Of a stretch of 64,000 nucleotides of DNA, positions 50,485-63,910 are shown piece by piece (the stretch's first letter is position 1; every line of letters begins with the position of its first letter). The stretch lies in NCBI GenBank assembly GCA_001179505.1, contig CDMY01000897.1, forward strand, positions 124,001 to 188,000, written 5' to 3'. The notes beneath the pieces are model-generated. The model had not been told where the DNA came from. It saw nothing but the letters and a program-made list of their open reading frames with translations, and did no database searches. The position numbers were made by a program, and so were the translations under genes. This DNA is from Vitrella brassicaformis CCMP3155. Its lineage: Eukaryota; Protista; Chromerida.

Positions 50485-53400
50485 CTTTCTCTTTGCGTGT
50501 GTGTGTGTGCATGTGGGCGTGGGTGCCGTACGTCTGTAGGTGCGCCTGTGCCTCGACGAACTTCTTGAGTGCCTCTGATGCGACAATTTTGCCGGGCACG
50601 CCGTTGCTCTCCATCATGTTGCCGGTGAGGACATCGATGCCCCAGATGTCGTAGCGGATGCGCTGCGTGCCGATCAGTCCCCCGACGCAGTTCCCGAAAT
50701 GCATGCCTATTCTCATGTTGAGATGGGGGATCTGCTCACACACACACACACACACATACATCTTGATGAGTGAAGGGCGGGTTGTGTGAGTACCTTGAGT
50801 CTCTCCCGCACTTGGTGTATCTTGTTGAGCATCGAGTGGGCCATCTTGAACATCTTCTCGGCCCCCTCGACGCCCTTGCTCTTCCGCACACTCACACTCT
50901 TGGAAATCTCCACCACCACTTTGCCCACGCCCTTCTTGCCACCACCACCACCACCACTATTCGGCAGCTGCTCACTCTGACCGTCCTTGCCGCCTGACTG
51001 CGTGGTGCCGGTGGCCTGGGTGTGCTGTGACGCGGGCGACTGGCTGCCGCTCGCACGCGGGGCGATAGCATTGTTGCTGCCAGCTCCTTTGTCCTGGCAG
51101 CTGCACTCGTCGTTGATTGCTATTGCTTTGGTGGGTGCGTGTGGGGGCGACTCGGTGTCCGGGGAGGTCGAGTGCACCGACCCGTGTGTGACGGCGACGT
51201 AGGCGTCGCCGATGGTGCAGACTTTGTAGACGCCGAGGTCGGTGGTCTCCTGGTCGAAGATGGAGAACAGCTCGGTGAGGAGCTCGACGACCTGCCGGGG
51301 CGGCACCCCCTTGGCCCAGGACGTGAAGCCTACTATGTCGGCAAACAGGAAGGTCACCTCCTTGTGCTCGTACGCCAGCTGGATCGCCTCGCCCTTTATC
51401 ACGCCACTCAACACCTGCAGTGCACATCACAGCCACATACACGCGGGAATGGATGGATGGATGGCCCCCGTCTCGTGTGTGTGAAGAGTGGTGGTAGGGA
51501 GAGAGGAGGAGATTTGTGTGTAGTGTACCTGTTGCGGCAGCACTCCGTCGAGGATTTCGTTGGCCCTCCGCTCGTTGCGCTCGGACTTCTGCTTGTTGAC
51601 CCAGTTCAGCCGGTCGTAATACTCCTGCACACGCACACACACATGGGGAAAAGAGCGAGCCATCAGCCATGCACACATACACACACACGATCGCCCATCG
51701 CTCTCTCCCCCTGCCGCAGTGAGCAAACGTGCCTTGTAGTATGACGTGATGGCGTTGATGACCATGAACATGGGAATCATGAGGAACGCCTCCCTGGCCG
51801 CCTGCCCGTTCGGCCCGCTCCGCCAGCGCGTCCACAGCGTCAGGTACGTCAGCACAGCCGCACACACAATGAAGTCCAGCAGCAGGATCCAGCAATACAG
51901 CAAACCCGAGGCGTGGTGCAAGATCGTTATCCTGCAGACAGATGCGCACGCATCGATCAACTCAGCGGTGGGGGCATACCATACGTGCCATGGGCCAGGT
52001 CAATGTGTGTGTGTGTGTGTGTGTGTACCAGAAAAAGACGTCGATGGTGTTGACGAACTGGTAGTAGGCGAAGGTGGGCTCGGTGTTTTCGAACATCCAT
52101 GAGGGCTGCGAGAGGCTCGAGATGGTCCCCGCCAGCACCGCCACCGCCAGAGCGATGATCAGCGGCCGGCTGTTCTTGACGTTCTTCCGCATGCAGGTCC
52201 GCTTGATGTGGAACAGCGTCAGGAGGGCAATGAAGAGCACCACAAAGAGGCCCCGGATCGTCCACACGATGCTGATGTCCAGCTTTCTCTCGCCGAGGGC
52301 GGTGTCGCCCGTGCCGTAGGCGCCGGGCATGAAGACCATCTCGATGGTCTGGATCACATAGGCCACCTGCAACCACACAGAGAGAGAGGGAAATGGCGAG
52401 TGAGTGCTGTGTGTCGGGTGGGGGTGATCAGGGCTGTTGGTTGGTATGCGATGCTCACGAGCCAGAAGAAGAGGGCCTGTTCGATGCGGTTGACGTTGTT
52501 GCCCTCGTCGAAGAAGTAATCGCGGTACATCTCCTCCTCACGCTTCTCCCGGAAGAGCAGCGTGAACCGATTGTACCGCTTCTTGTCTGCACACACACAC
52601 ACACACACAGATGCCAGCTCAATGCTGTCTGTCTGTCTGTTTGTTGTTTTGTGTGTCTGCCTGGGTCATTTCCTCACCGAGGAAGTAGCTGTCGAACGGT
52701 CCCTTGTCGACCCCCCAGATGCAGCCAAACAGACTATACATCATCCTGGTCAGCACGCCCCTCTCCCTCTCCTGCCCCGCGCCGCCCTTGTCCCCCTCGC
52801 CGCCTCCCTTATCCGCCTCGCGCCACGCCGACACACTCGTGGCGTCGATATTGTCGCCGGAGGGCCACTTCTTGCCGGGAAAGGCCGAATGCAGAGTCGC
52901 GAACGCCTCACGCACGCCCTTTGCGCGTCGTTTCTCCAGCTCGTCCATGCGAGCGCCGTTGTCCTGCAGGTTCAGGGTGGAGTCGAGGGAGCCCCCGCTG
53001 CTCCGCCTCCTGGCCACGACCTCCTCTGCTGCTTGCGCCGGCCGCTCCTCGTCACTGGGACCCACGGCGTTGCGGACCCGTGTGGATGGGTGGAACTTGC
53101 CTGACTCGGGAATGGTGATGGCGACCTGGTCGGTAGCCATGAGGTGGGTGGTGCCGGGCGTCATGGCCGTGGGCGGCAGATGGTTGTCGGAGAAGGACAC
53201 CTTCCGGCTGTTCTGCCGCAGGCCGTTCTTGACCGTCTCGACGAGGGTGCTGGGCGGGGCGGGCGGGAAGGACACACTCGCGGACGGCACCAGGGGCAGC
53301 TGCATCGGCGAGGGAGGGGGCAGCAGCAGCTCCTCGCTTCCCTTCCCTTCGCCCCTTTCCGGTGCTGGCGGGTGGTCCGGGGGTGGGCGCATTGTGAGGA

Positions 53401-56400
53401 CCCCTCTTCTGGCCACCAGGCTCTCGAGCGACCGGGTGACGCGCTCGCCAGGGTCCCTCTCTGACTCGAGCACGATTGCTGACGGGCAAGGGGATGGGAG
53501 CGTGGGGGGAATGCACGGCGGGAAGGGGGGGTTGGTCGTGGTGGTGCGGGTGGGCGGCGTCACGCCCACACACGCCCCGGTGGCCTCCGCGTCTTTGTCC
53601 TTGCCTGTGCTTGTGCCGTTCTCGTCAGCAGCAGCGGTTGGGTGGTCGTTGTCTGCGGCGGAGCGCGTTGCCTCGCGCGACGGCATGGGTGGCGACTGCG
53701 ATGATGTGGTTTTGGTTGGGGGGCGGGTGGTGGTGTTTGTCTTGGTGCTGTGGTGCTCGCTGTTGGTGAGTGCGATGTTGATGGTGGACGAGGTGTGCTG
53801 GGCGGGTGTGGCCTCAGTGAGGAGGTAGGTGTCCATGAGCCCCTTGCCCTTCACGTGGGTCTTGCGCGCCTCCCACTTGTAGCGGGGGTCGGACTTGACG
53901 TGCTCATACCTGACACACCACACATGGACACACACACACTCGCGAGTGTGCAACGACGCACCCCTCAATCTCTCTCTCTGTGTGTGTGTGTGTGTGCGTC
54001 TGACGTTGAGTTGGATATGTGGACGTGGTCGGCCTCGCCTGTCGTCTTCATGCGCGAGGCCGTCTGCACACACACACACACACACAGACACAGAGGGGTG
54101 CCATGCATGCCACCCACCCATCCCATGAACGCGGCAAGCCAAACGATTCACTGACTGACTGACATGTTTCTTTCCTCACTACTCACGTTGACAGTGTCCC
54201 CGAAGAGGGCATATTGGGGTTTCTTGGCGCCGACCACTCCGGCGACCACCTTGCCCGTGTGGACGCCGATCTTAACGTGCAGCACGCACTGCTCCCACTC
54301 CTGCTTCTCGGGGCACTTGCGGTCGTACATCATCTTCTTGGCGATCTGCAGCTGAGCCACGCCCATGCGGATGGCAGTCAGGGCGTCGTTCGAGGGGTCC
54401 GGCGGAGTGGCCGGCGTGGGGGCGCCGGGGTGCAGACCACTGGCCGCCAGGTAGGTCTCTGCCACCGTCTCGATCTTCTGGCAGTTGTAGCGCTCCGCTG
54501 CGCGGTCGAACGCCCTGCATAGACAGACCCACACACAAATGGTGGGATCGATGGCCTGTGCGAGCGTGCATGTGTGGGTGGGTGAGAGTGTAAGTGTCCT
54601 TAGTTAGTAGGCTGCGTACTTGAATACGGTGTCGAGCATTTTGACGAGTTTGGTGGGCTCCATGGAGGCGACCAACTCGTGGAAGGCGTAGATGTCGCAG
54701 AAGATGACTGACACCGTTCCAGGGTCCTCCGAGATGATCGGCCGACCAGGGCCTGAGCGAGCAAGAAACAAACACACAACCGAACCAGCCAAGCCCTCAT
54801 TCACTGACTCACGCAGTGCAGACCGATCAACACGCCGAGGCCCACGTACCTGATAAGTCGAGGTATGTGTCGACGATGTGGTCAGGGAGCGACCAATTGA
54901 GGATCTCCCTCTGCCGCGCGAGTGCGTCCCGCCCCTCGGCCTCGTAAATGAATGCAATCCGCTGCTGGTACTCGAACCGGCGGCCGACGAAGGCCGAGAA
55001 CGCCGTGATGCCCAGGAGAATCGGCATGTAGTCGCAGAGGATCTGCAGCCGTTCGTCCAGTGAGTCGGAGCCGCCCGGGTTGCTCTTCTCGATGTCGTCC
55101 AAGGCATATCTGAGGGAGAAGATGGTCATGTGGGCGACGTTGATCCAGAAGGCGTAGGTGAATGGGATCCGCAGGATCACGAAGGATATCACGGGCAGCA
55201 TTGCTGTCGTCTGCACGCCGTCACTCGTCTGCACAATGGGTGACCACCACACACACGCAAATCGAGAGCACATCAAGACACCGCGAACCGGTGTGTGTGT
55301 GTCCGTGTGTGTGTGTGGGGGGGGGGGGGGGNNNNNNNNNNNNNNNNNNNNNNNNNNNNNNNNNNNNNNNNNNNNNNNNNNNNNNNNNNNNNNNNNNNNN
55401 NNNNNNNNNNNNNNNNNNNNNNNNNNNNNNNNNNNNNNNNNNNNNNNNNNNNNNNNNNNNNNNNNNNNNNNNNNNNNNNNNNNNNNNNNNNNNNNNNNNN
55501 NNNNNNNNNNNNNNNNNNNNNNNNNNNNNNNNNNNNNNNNNNNNNNNNNNNNNNNNNNNNNNNNNNNNNNNNNNNNNNNNNNNNNNNNNNNNNNNNNNNN
55601 NNNNNNNNNNNNNNNNNNNNNNNNNNNNNNNGGGGGGGGGGGGGGGGGGAGACGGTGGCTCACTGACCGAGACAACGTCGATGGTGGCCTTGTAGACGAG
55701 CCCCAGGACACAGATGGTGATCATGATGCGCACGTACTGGTCGACGAAGAGCCTGCTCCAGGTAAATGCGAAGAACATGGCGAGGGCGAAGGAGGCGAAG
55801 TACTGGGCCACGTTGGTCTTCCACTCGATCTTGCCCCCACCCAACTCGAAGATCGTCACGTAGCCCGCGTACATGAAGGTGATCAGGATGGCGAAACCCA
55901 GCAGGACACGGAAGAACGGCGTGTACTTCCTAAAAGTCAGACAGACCACAGACAGACACACCCATGCAGAAGACACGGCCAGAAGGGAGTGCATTCGGTG
56001 TGTGTGCGGCTGTCTGTCTGTCTGTCTGCCAGGCACCCACCCATCCTACCTACCTGATTTTGATTTTGAAGTGCTGCAGGTACTCCTTCTCGATCTGTTT
56101 GTCCTTGAACCGCAGCGAGAAGCGCCAGAGCATCTCGTCGACGTTCCTCTGGCTGCCCGAGGAGGGTGTGCCGCTGACGCTGGTGCTGACGGTGCCGTCC
56201 TTGCCGTGCTCACTGCCGCCGCTGAGCTTCCAGTAGTGCACACCGCCCGTCAGACATGCCCACGACCGATCCACCAGCAGCGACACAAAGGTCCGCCAAT
56301 CACGCTTCTTGGCTGCAAGCACCATTGGTTGACACACAAACAGACAGAGGGAGAGGGATGGAGGGGCGGGCAAGGGAGGGAGGGAGGGAGGGAGAAGGGG

Positions 56401-57988
56401 ATGTGATGTGGTGTGGTGTGTTGTGTACCACTGCATTCGATTTCGACTGTCCGCTGGATGGGGTTGTCGTTGGGGCTGCACTCGATGTGTCTCTGGAGTA
56501 TCCTGCCCAGCTCCTCGGGCGCCAGCAGCTGCAGCAGCTTCCGACGCTCCTCAAACCACTCCTGCACCACCGTCAGGGGCGAACGGTAAAACCTGACAGA
56601 CACACACATCATACAGACAGTCACACAACACATATGATTGATCTCTTGATCTCTCTCTCTCTGTTGGCCTGGCCAGACGCTCCGCTCGCTGACCGCTTGT
56701 AGACGTGCGAGATGCCCAATTCCATCAAGAAACAGGTGGCGCAGCTGAGGAGCGTGGCGAGCCAGTACTGCGTGGCCCCGAAGAGGTGCACAGCCACGCC
56801 CTCCATGGACTTGTGGGGCCAGCCGGTGACCGAGTAGGTGAAGATGGAGGGGAAGAAGAGCACCACCGAGAAGCCCAACGTCACGCCGGCGTATAGCCAG
56901 GTCCACCGCTGGGTGCACATGGCCACCTTGATGGTGACGGTGAGGATGGTGTTGAAGAAGGCGGCTGTGCCGAGGGTCATGATGTCGACGGTCTTGCCGT
57001 TGGGGAGTGCGGTGGAGACGTCGAAGGCCAGGTAGAGGGCGCCTGCGTTGATGAGGCCGTACAGCAGACCCTGGAACACCCAGGCCGCGAAAATCCGCGA
57101 GTTGAAGCACAGATGACGCTGCCCCTGATGCACAAACACACCACACAGCCGCCACAGAGAGAGGGAGAGTGAGAGGCGTGGCGTGCAAAGCACAGCGGAG
57201 AGAGGCTGCCAGTGGTCCATCCATCGGCCATCTAGACTCCTGTGTGCAGTGACTGCACCTCACCTGTTGGTAGAGGATGGGGACGTATGGCAGTATGTGC
57301 ACGTAGATGTCCTCCTCGAGGAGGCCGTAGAGCACTATGGGCAGCGACGTCCACACCACGTTGTACGACATCAGCAGCCAGCTCTCGTACAGGGACGTGC
57401 CGCTGTAGGCGTTCAGGAAGATAAAGTAAAACTGACTCACACACACACGCGGAGAGAGAGAGAGAACCACAGAACAGACACGTGTGTGTTGTGTGTGGGG
57501 GTGTCTCAAAGAGAGAGGGGTGGTGGGTTGTGTGCAGTGCACCATCGCATTGCGTACGTTAGGTAGGATGAGGCAGATGTTCTTGAAAAAGGAGTAGAGG
57601 ATGACGACACTCAGCCTGACGTAGTTGAGCCTCCCGTGGACGAACAGCAGCTTCCTGAGGAACCGGAACCGCCCGATTGCGTAGTCGCTCGCACGCACCG
57701 CCTGCATCCCTTCGTTGCCGATGATCCCCACACCCACGTCAGCCTCCTACACACACAACAGAGACCTGTCATCATCATGGCCCTCCCTCTGTGTGTGTGT
57801 GTGGTACCTGGAGCATGGAGACGTCGTTGGCACCGTCGCCGATGGCGAGAGTGGTTGGGTGCGGTTTGAGGCAGCGCTTGACCATACGGACCAGCTCGGC
57901 CTTCTGCGCGGGCGCTACGCGGCACGCCAGCACAGACTTGCACGCACACGCCATCGTCAGAAACAAGTGCTGCAAGAAAGCATCCACA

Positions 57989-58025
<37 letters not shown>

Positions 58026-58938
58026 GAAGCATGCACCTCAGAGCAGAGCAGTGCCGTGCATGTGTGTGGATGTGTGTGTACCTTACCTTCATTTCGTCCG
58101 AGTGCAGGATGTTGTAGAGGGTCCTGCCGTCGACGACGAGCACGCAGGGCTCCTTGACCTTCTCCTTCTCGCTGGCCTGGAACTTCTTGTAGACGCACCG
58201 GATGTCCTCGAGGGCAGTGGCCTCGTTGTGCGCCAGACACTCGATGCGCCGGAAGTGCGCCTGGATCAGCTGACACGCGTAGCCCACATTCACAGCCGTC
58301 TCGCGCTTGTCGCCTGGACACATACACCGGGGGACATCGATCCATCCATCCATCCACCCATACTGCCATGGTCGTGTGTGCGCGCGTGTGTGTAGGATGG
58401 TACCGGTGAGCATCCAGACTTTGATGCCGCCGTCAAGCAGCGCCTTAATGGTTGCGGCCACGCCCGGCTGCAGCTTGTCCTCAATCGCCGTCGCACCCAA
58501 CAGCTAACACACACGTCACATGACACAGAGAGAGAGAGAAAGATGCGCGTATGTGTGTGTGTGTGTGTGTGTGCAAGGCCCAGTGAGTGCGTGTGTGAGT
58601 ATTGACCCACTACCTCGAGATTTGCCTCGAAGTCTTCGGCGACCTTTTCGAGCCGCTCCTCCCTCTGCAGGAGAGAGCTCCTGGCGTCGTTGTACCGCTT
58701 GCTGAAGCTCTCGTACTCACTCTGGTCCAGACGACGGCGAGCCAACACTGCACACACACAGACAGACATAGAGAGATGGATGGTGCTGCCAGGGACGACC
58801 GGGTGTGAATGTCTGGACGTACCCATTGTCCTGAGTCCCTTGACGGCGAACTCGTTGATGTGCCGGCGGACCTTGGCGATCTGCTCGTTCTGGTTGGGCG
58901 CCAGACGCTCAAGCATTGCACTGTCGGCACCCTGCACA

Positions 58939-58978
<40 letters not shown>

Positions 58979-61900
58979 AGACACAGAGACAAACACAGAG
59001 AGAGGGAGAGGGAGATCCACCCACCAGCCCATCCCATCACACCACACCGTACCTTGCAGTAGAGCATGGCGCCCTCCTTGCCATGTTCCCTGACGACGAT
59101 GCTCATCCTTTTCCTGTTGCTGTTGAACTCGTTGATCCCCACGATCTGCACGGTCTGCGGCTCCCCCTGGATGTCCAAGGTGAGAGTGGTCGAGGTCCGC
59201 GGCGGGATGAGCTGGTAGCCAAGGCAGCTGGCAGCCACCACAAAGGCTTCCTCGTCAGGATTGGCGGCCTGGTAATGGAACTGAGTCCTGCCCTTGTCGA
59301 AGTAGCTCTTGCGGATCTCGTGCACGTTGCTCGCCATCCTGATGGGGGCGGGGCGGGGCTTCTCCTGGTCGTAGTACTGGGCCGACAGCACGTGGGAGTC
59401 CACACTCATGCTGAAGTTGGCAACGTTGGTCGCGGAGCTCACGTCAACTGCCGTCGCATTGCTCCCGCCCGTCGCGGCCATGTCATGTTCGTGTTTCTCC
59501 TGCTGCTGCTGCATGATGGCGGCCATCGAGGGATGCATCTGCTTGAGCCGCTCGGTCAGCAGCTCGCGGCCCCGCTCGATGGTGTCGTTGGTGGTGCTGT
59601 TGTTTGCGTTGACCTGGCCGGCGTGTGTGTGCCGCTGCATGCGCCGCGAGTGTGAGAGGGGGGAGAAGGGATTGCAGTGGGAGAGCGTGCAGGGGCCCTC
59701 CTGGCTCTCTGGTCGAGATACGGGGTGCCGCTCGGAAGGGATGACGGTGTGGCAGAGGGCCATGACTTTCAGAAACGCGTCGATCTTCTCGCTGCGCTCG
59801 TCGTTGGCCTCCAGGTCCCTGTGTGACAACAGAGAGAGAATTCACACAGATGGATTGAGATGAAATGAGATGAGATGGGTCAGTCAGTGAAGTGCACTGG
59901 CGCAGTACAGAACGTGTGCCTCTGGTTCCCCTAGCTACCTGAGTATCCGTGGATCTTTGAAGCGGCATCGAGGGTGCGTCCGGATCGACGCAGGAGCTGA
60001 CCACACACACACGCACAGACACACACACACATGCATCTTCAGTCTGGGGGATGAGTGCAGTGCGTCTAGTCTGTCCCTCCCTCCCTCCCACTTTTGCTCT
60101 CACTTACATGCTCTAGTTGACCTGGATCCCTGCGAGAATGGCGAGGGCGGGCTCTTGCCCCGTACCACCCCGTTCACCACCTCCCCCCCACCCCCGTCAG
60201 CACCCACAGGGGCCACCACCATGCAGGCCCCACACGCCTCGTCATACATGTCGCTCTCCCTGCTGGTGTACAGACCCGGGTCGGTGTAATGGTGCACCGA
60301 CCGACGCACAGCCGAGTTGGCGGGCGACGAGGCGGCCGAGGCGTCCTCGCCGTCGCCCCTGCGAGAGGACACGCCCATGTCTGGCTCGGTGGTCAGGGCC
60401 TCATTGCCCACGTCCTCATTGCCGATGTCCTGCATCTGATCGTCCAGATTGTCAGACTCGCTGGAGCTGTCGGACGAATGGTCGTCCTCGAAGGGCTGCG
60501 GGACGGGGGCGAAGGAGTGGAAGAGGTCATCCTGGCTGAGTGGGGCGGTGAGGGGCATCTGGTCGGAGTGATCGGGCATGACGATGTCCTCCCCCTCGGC
60601 GTGGTCGAGCGCGTAGTGCACCCTCGACGCCACGTTGTCCATGTCAATCATCTCCTGGCTGACCTCGTGCGGCGGCCGTCTACCCTGGCCCTGAGAGTCG
60701 TCGTCCACAAAGTGGCGGCCGTCGTAAGGACTCAGGGCGTGCGCATCGTGCCAGGGGGTGTACTCCTCCAGTCCCATGTTGTCGCGGGAAGCCGACGCAG
60801 CATTGGTCATGGGGAGGGAGATGGGCAGCGCGGGGCTGTGGCTGCTCTCGAGCTCGTCTGCCTCCTGGGGAGTCGCGAGTCGTGGGTTGAGAGCCATCGC
60901 CAGCCCCAAATCTGGCGCAGTGGCCGTCCGCTGATACTTGCCGAAGGCAACGGCGTCAGACTGAACACATACAAACACATACACACACACATCGCCCATC
61001 CACACAGCAGATCTATCTGCGGATCGGGGCCGTGTGCGTGCCTGTGTGGCGACGGGAAAGCTTCGTGGGGGTCCGTCGTCTTGTCCGTCCATGGGCATGG
61101 GAATTGGGATGAGGGGGTCGGCGACGCGCGGCTGGGGGTGGGGATGGGCATGGGTGTGGGGGTAAGGGGGCGGCGGGGGCGGGTGTCTTGGGAGCTTGAT
61201 CCTCTCCTTCTTGCCGTACTTGCGGCCAGCTATCGAACACATCGCAAACTCCATCTCGTTCTCTGCGACAGGGGGACAACACAACACAACACAACACACA
61301 TAGGAAATGTGTCAGTCAGCGGGCTGGTCAGTCAATTGCTGCCTTGCCCTGCCCTGCCCTGGTCTGCTCTCACCGACCTGTGATTGTGCCGGTTTTGTCA
61401 GAGAAGACGTATTCGATTTGCCCAAGGTCGTCGTTGAGGTTGGCCGTCCTTGCCTGCGCCTTGACCACCGTCGACTCGCCCGGACTGCCGTCGCGCCCAG
61501 GCTCTGCCGCCCCCTTGACGTACTCCAGATCGGGGTCGTTCTCGATGAAGATAGCCTGGATGAACCGGACGAAGTCGATGGTGACACAGAGGGAGATCGG
61601 CACGAGGTTGTTGTAGAGGATGGCGAATGTGATGATGCGCAGCCAGTCGTGGTATCGTTTGACGCTCTCGCCCGCGAAGTAGAGGAACACCTCTGGCTCC
61701 TTGTCGGTGAACCGGAAGGACAGCCACACCGAGATGGCCACCATGATGGTCAGCACCGCCGCGATGATGAAGAGGTACCAGTTGACGTCGCGCTCAATCT
61801 TGGACCGCTTGTTGCGCGGCGGGCGGGAGTTTCGGTGAAGGCGCGTGTCCACCCCTGCACACACACATCGACGACATCGACAGACGAGTGAGGGAGCTAA

Positions 61901-63696
61901 GTGCCAAACATCCAGCCCACCCCACACCCTCCTCTCTCGCCCAGCTTGGCTCACCGGTGTAGATGACGACACCGTAGAGGTACTCGGTGTTCCTGAGCCT
62001 TGACCCCTTGAGGATGAAGTTCTTGGCGTCGATGGACGTGTTGCGCGGATACTCGTCCAGCTTGAGCGTCCCAGTAAAGGTGTCCAGCCGGTTTGACGGC
62101 GGCTCGCAGCTGATCTTCCCACGCTTAGACTTGAGCGTGCCGTGCGTCTCGGCTGACGGACGAGACAGACCCCAAATCCATTCAACACGCACACAAACAG
62201 CAGTGCAGTCTGTGTTGATTACTTACTCTTGGTGTCTTCAACGGCGTTTTTTGGTTTGAGGCTGGTTTCTCCGTCGAGCATGGCGGTCTCGACGTAGGCA
62301 ATGCCTTCGGTGGGGTCGTTGGTGGCCAGGATGACCATGTCGGCAGGCACGTCGTCGCCGTCCTCCAGACGCACAATGTCGCCCACCTGCACACACCATA
62401 CCATCCACACACACACACACACACACAAGACACACACCCATGTCCAGTCCACAGTACTGAGTGTGTGTTCATTGTGAGGGTCGATGGGATGGGCGTGTAA
62501 GTGAAGTGTTTATGGTATGGTGTGTTCAGCTGACACGCATGAAATACATAATATCAACACGATAGATCTAATGCCTCGCTGCACCACCGGCGCAGCTTAG
62601 ATTCAGTGCCCGTAATCATCCCGACCACCGCCAACGCACTCCACTCACACACATGCCCCTCCATCCCATCTCATCTCTCTCCCCTCCCCTCTCCCCCACT
62701 GCCCCCACTGACCTTGACGTCAGCCCATCTGGCCCGTTTCAGTTTGTTGGAGTTTGGTTCGGGGTCGAGAATGTCGCACTTCCTGTTGTTGACCTTGACG
62801 TCGTTCTTGTACCGACGCCAATCCTCGTAACCGTCCTTCACCATCTGATAGAGATAGAGGGATTCATTGACACACATGACATATATGACCCCCCACAGAC
62901 AGACAAACAGGCAAGCCACGCCATAATCCCCTGGCTGCCCTGCCGCCTAGTTCTGCGAACGTACCGTGACGAACAAAACGATACTCAGAGGGACGATCGT
63001 CGCCCATCTGAACCGAAGTATCAAATCAAGACACACACGTACACACACTCATGCCATGCCATGCCATGCCTCGAGCGGCCTGCCTGTCTTCGGGCAAATG
63101 TTAAAGGTGTGCCGGCCCGGCCCCTCCCTGCTCGGCTTACGATGACGTGGGCGAGACGTTGAGCGGCAGCAGCTGCAGGATGGACACGACCAGGAACCAC
63201 CAGTTGGCCCACCGATGGAACTGCTCCCACAAGTTCTTGGGCACAAAGTTCCATACCTACGCCACAGACAGACAGGGGAGCGCCAATCAGCCAACCAGCC
63301 AATCGGTCTGTCTGTCTGTCTGTCTGTCGGTCCTTTGCCCACCCACCCTGTAGCGATTGGTGCGGACATTATTGTCAGGGAAGCTCGCGTTGTGCTCCTC
63401 CTCCTCGTCGCCGGGGGAAGCATTGATGCGAATCTAAGAAACAGACAGACAGACAGACATCAGACACAACCGACAGGGCAATAAAGTAAGCAGTGTTGCG
63501 ATGCAACGTTCTTGGCAATGGGTCAAGTCATGTGTCCGCCGTTGTCCTCTGCTCTCACCCTTCGCCAGCCGTGTCCAAGTCCGTCAGCGGGCTGATGCAT
63601 GGAACTGTGAGTGTGCGACAGGCCGAAGGGGCCGAATCTCGGGGAGGTCCCCGTCTTCCGCTCCGACGACGGCAAACTCACCAGCTCCACACTCAT
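49161..63696 (-). CDS. Bifunctional P4-type ATPase (flippase-like)-guanylyl cyclase, alveolate type
   Basis: ATPase motifs: NRYRVWNFVPKNLWEQFHR, LDGETSLK (about 62264-62275), FSDKTGT (61385-61399), CKGADS, GATAIEDKLQ, KVWMLTGDKRETA, CRVAPAQKA, AIGDGANDVSM (about 57820-57840), GNEGMQAVRASDY. Then TM-C1 (IFCDI, KIETVAETY, KPQYALFGDTVN) and TM-C2 (LFADIVGF, TIGDAY, RIGMHFG, RYDIWG, MESNG), plus a low-complexity tail. The start codon at 63696 is tentative. Confidence 0.92.
55332..55631. other. Assembly gap (300 N) flanked by poly-G runs, inside a cyclase intron
   Basis: N run with G-runs on both sides. The flanking exons join in phase 0 (IDVVS|TSDGVQ) without needing a hidden exon. Confidence 0.95.
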
Positions 63697-63887
63697 CCTC
63701 AAACCACAAGAGTAGCGGACTGCACGCCTCTTGCTTCAAGGACCAGCACCGCACGAGCCTCACTCAGATGACCGAATGGCCCTCCCGCCGCATGATCTCA
63801 CAGCACCTGCTCACGTGTGCTCTCCGTCATCACATGGTTCTCCGATATCAGTCGCAAAGCTCCAATTTCCTCTCGAGATAGATCTGC

Positions 63888-63910
63888 GCGAGCTCACATC
63901 TGAGCTCGCA
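63888..63910. promoter_or_regulatory. Perfect 9-bp inverted repeat GCGAGCTCA-N4-TGAGCTCGC upstream of the guanylyl cyclase
   Basis: Read directly from the sequence. The minus strand contains the same 15-mer TGCGAGCTCAGATGT as 46674-46688. Confidence 0.55.
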
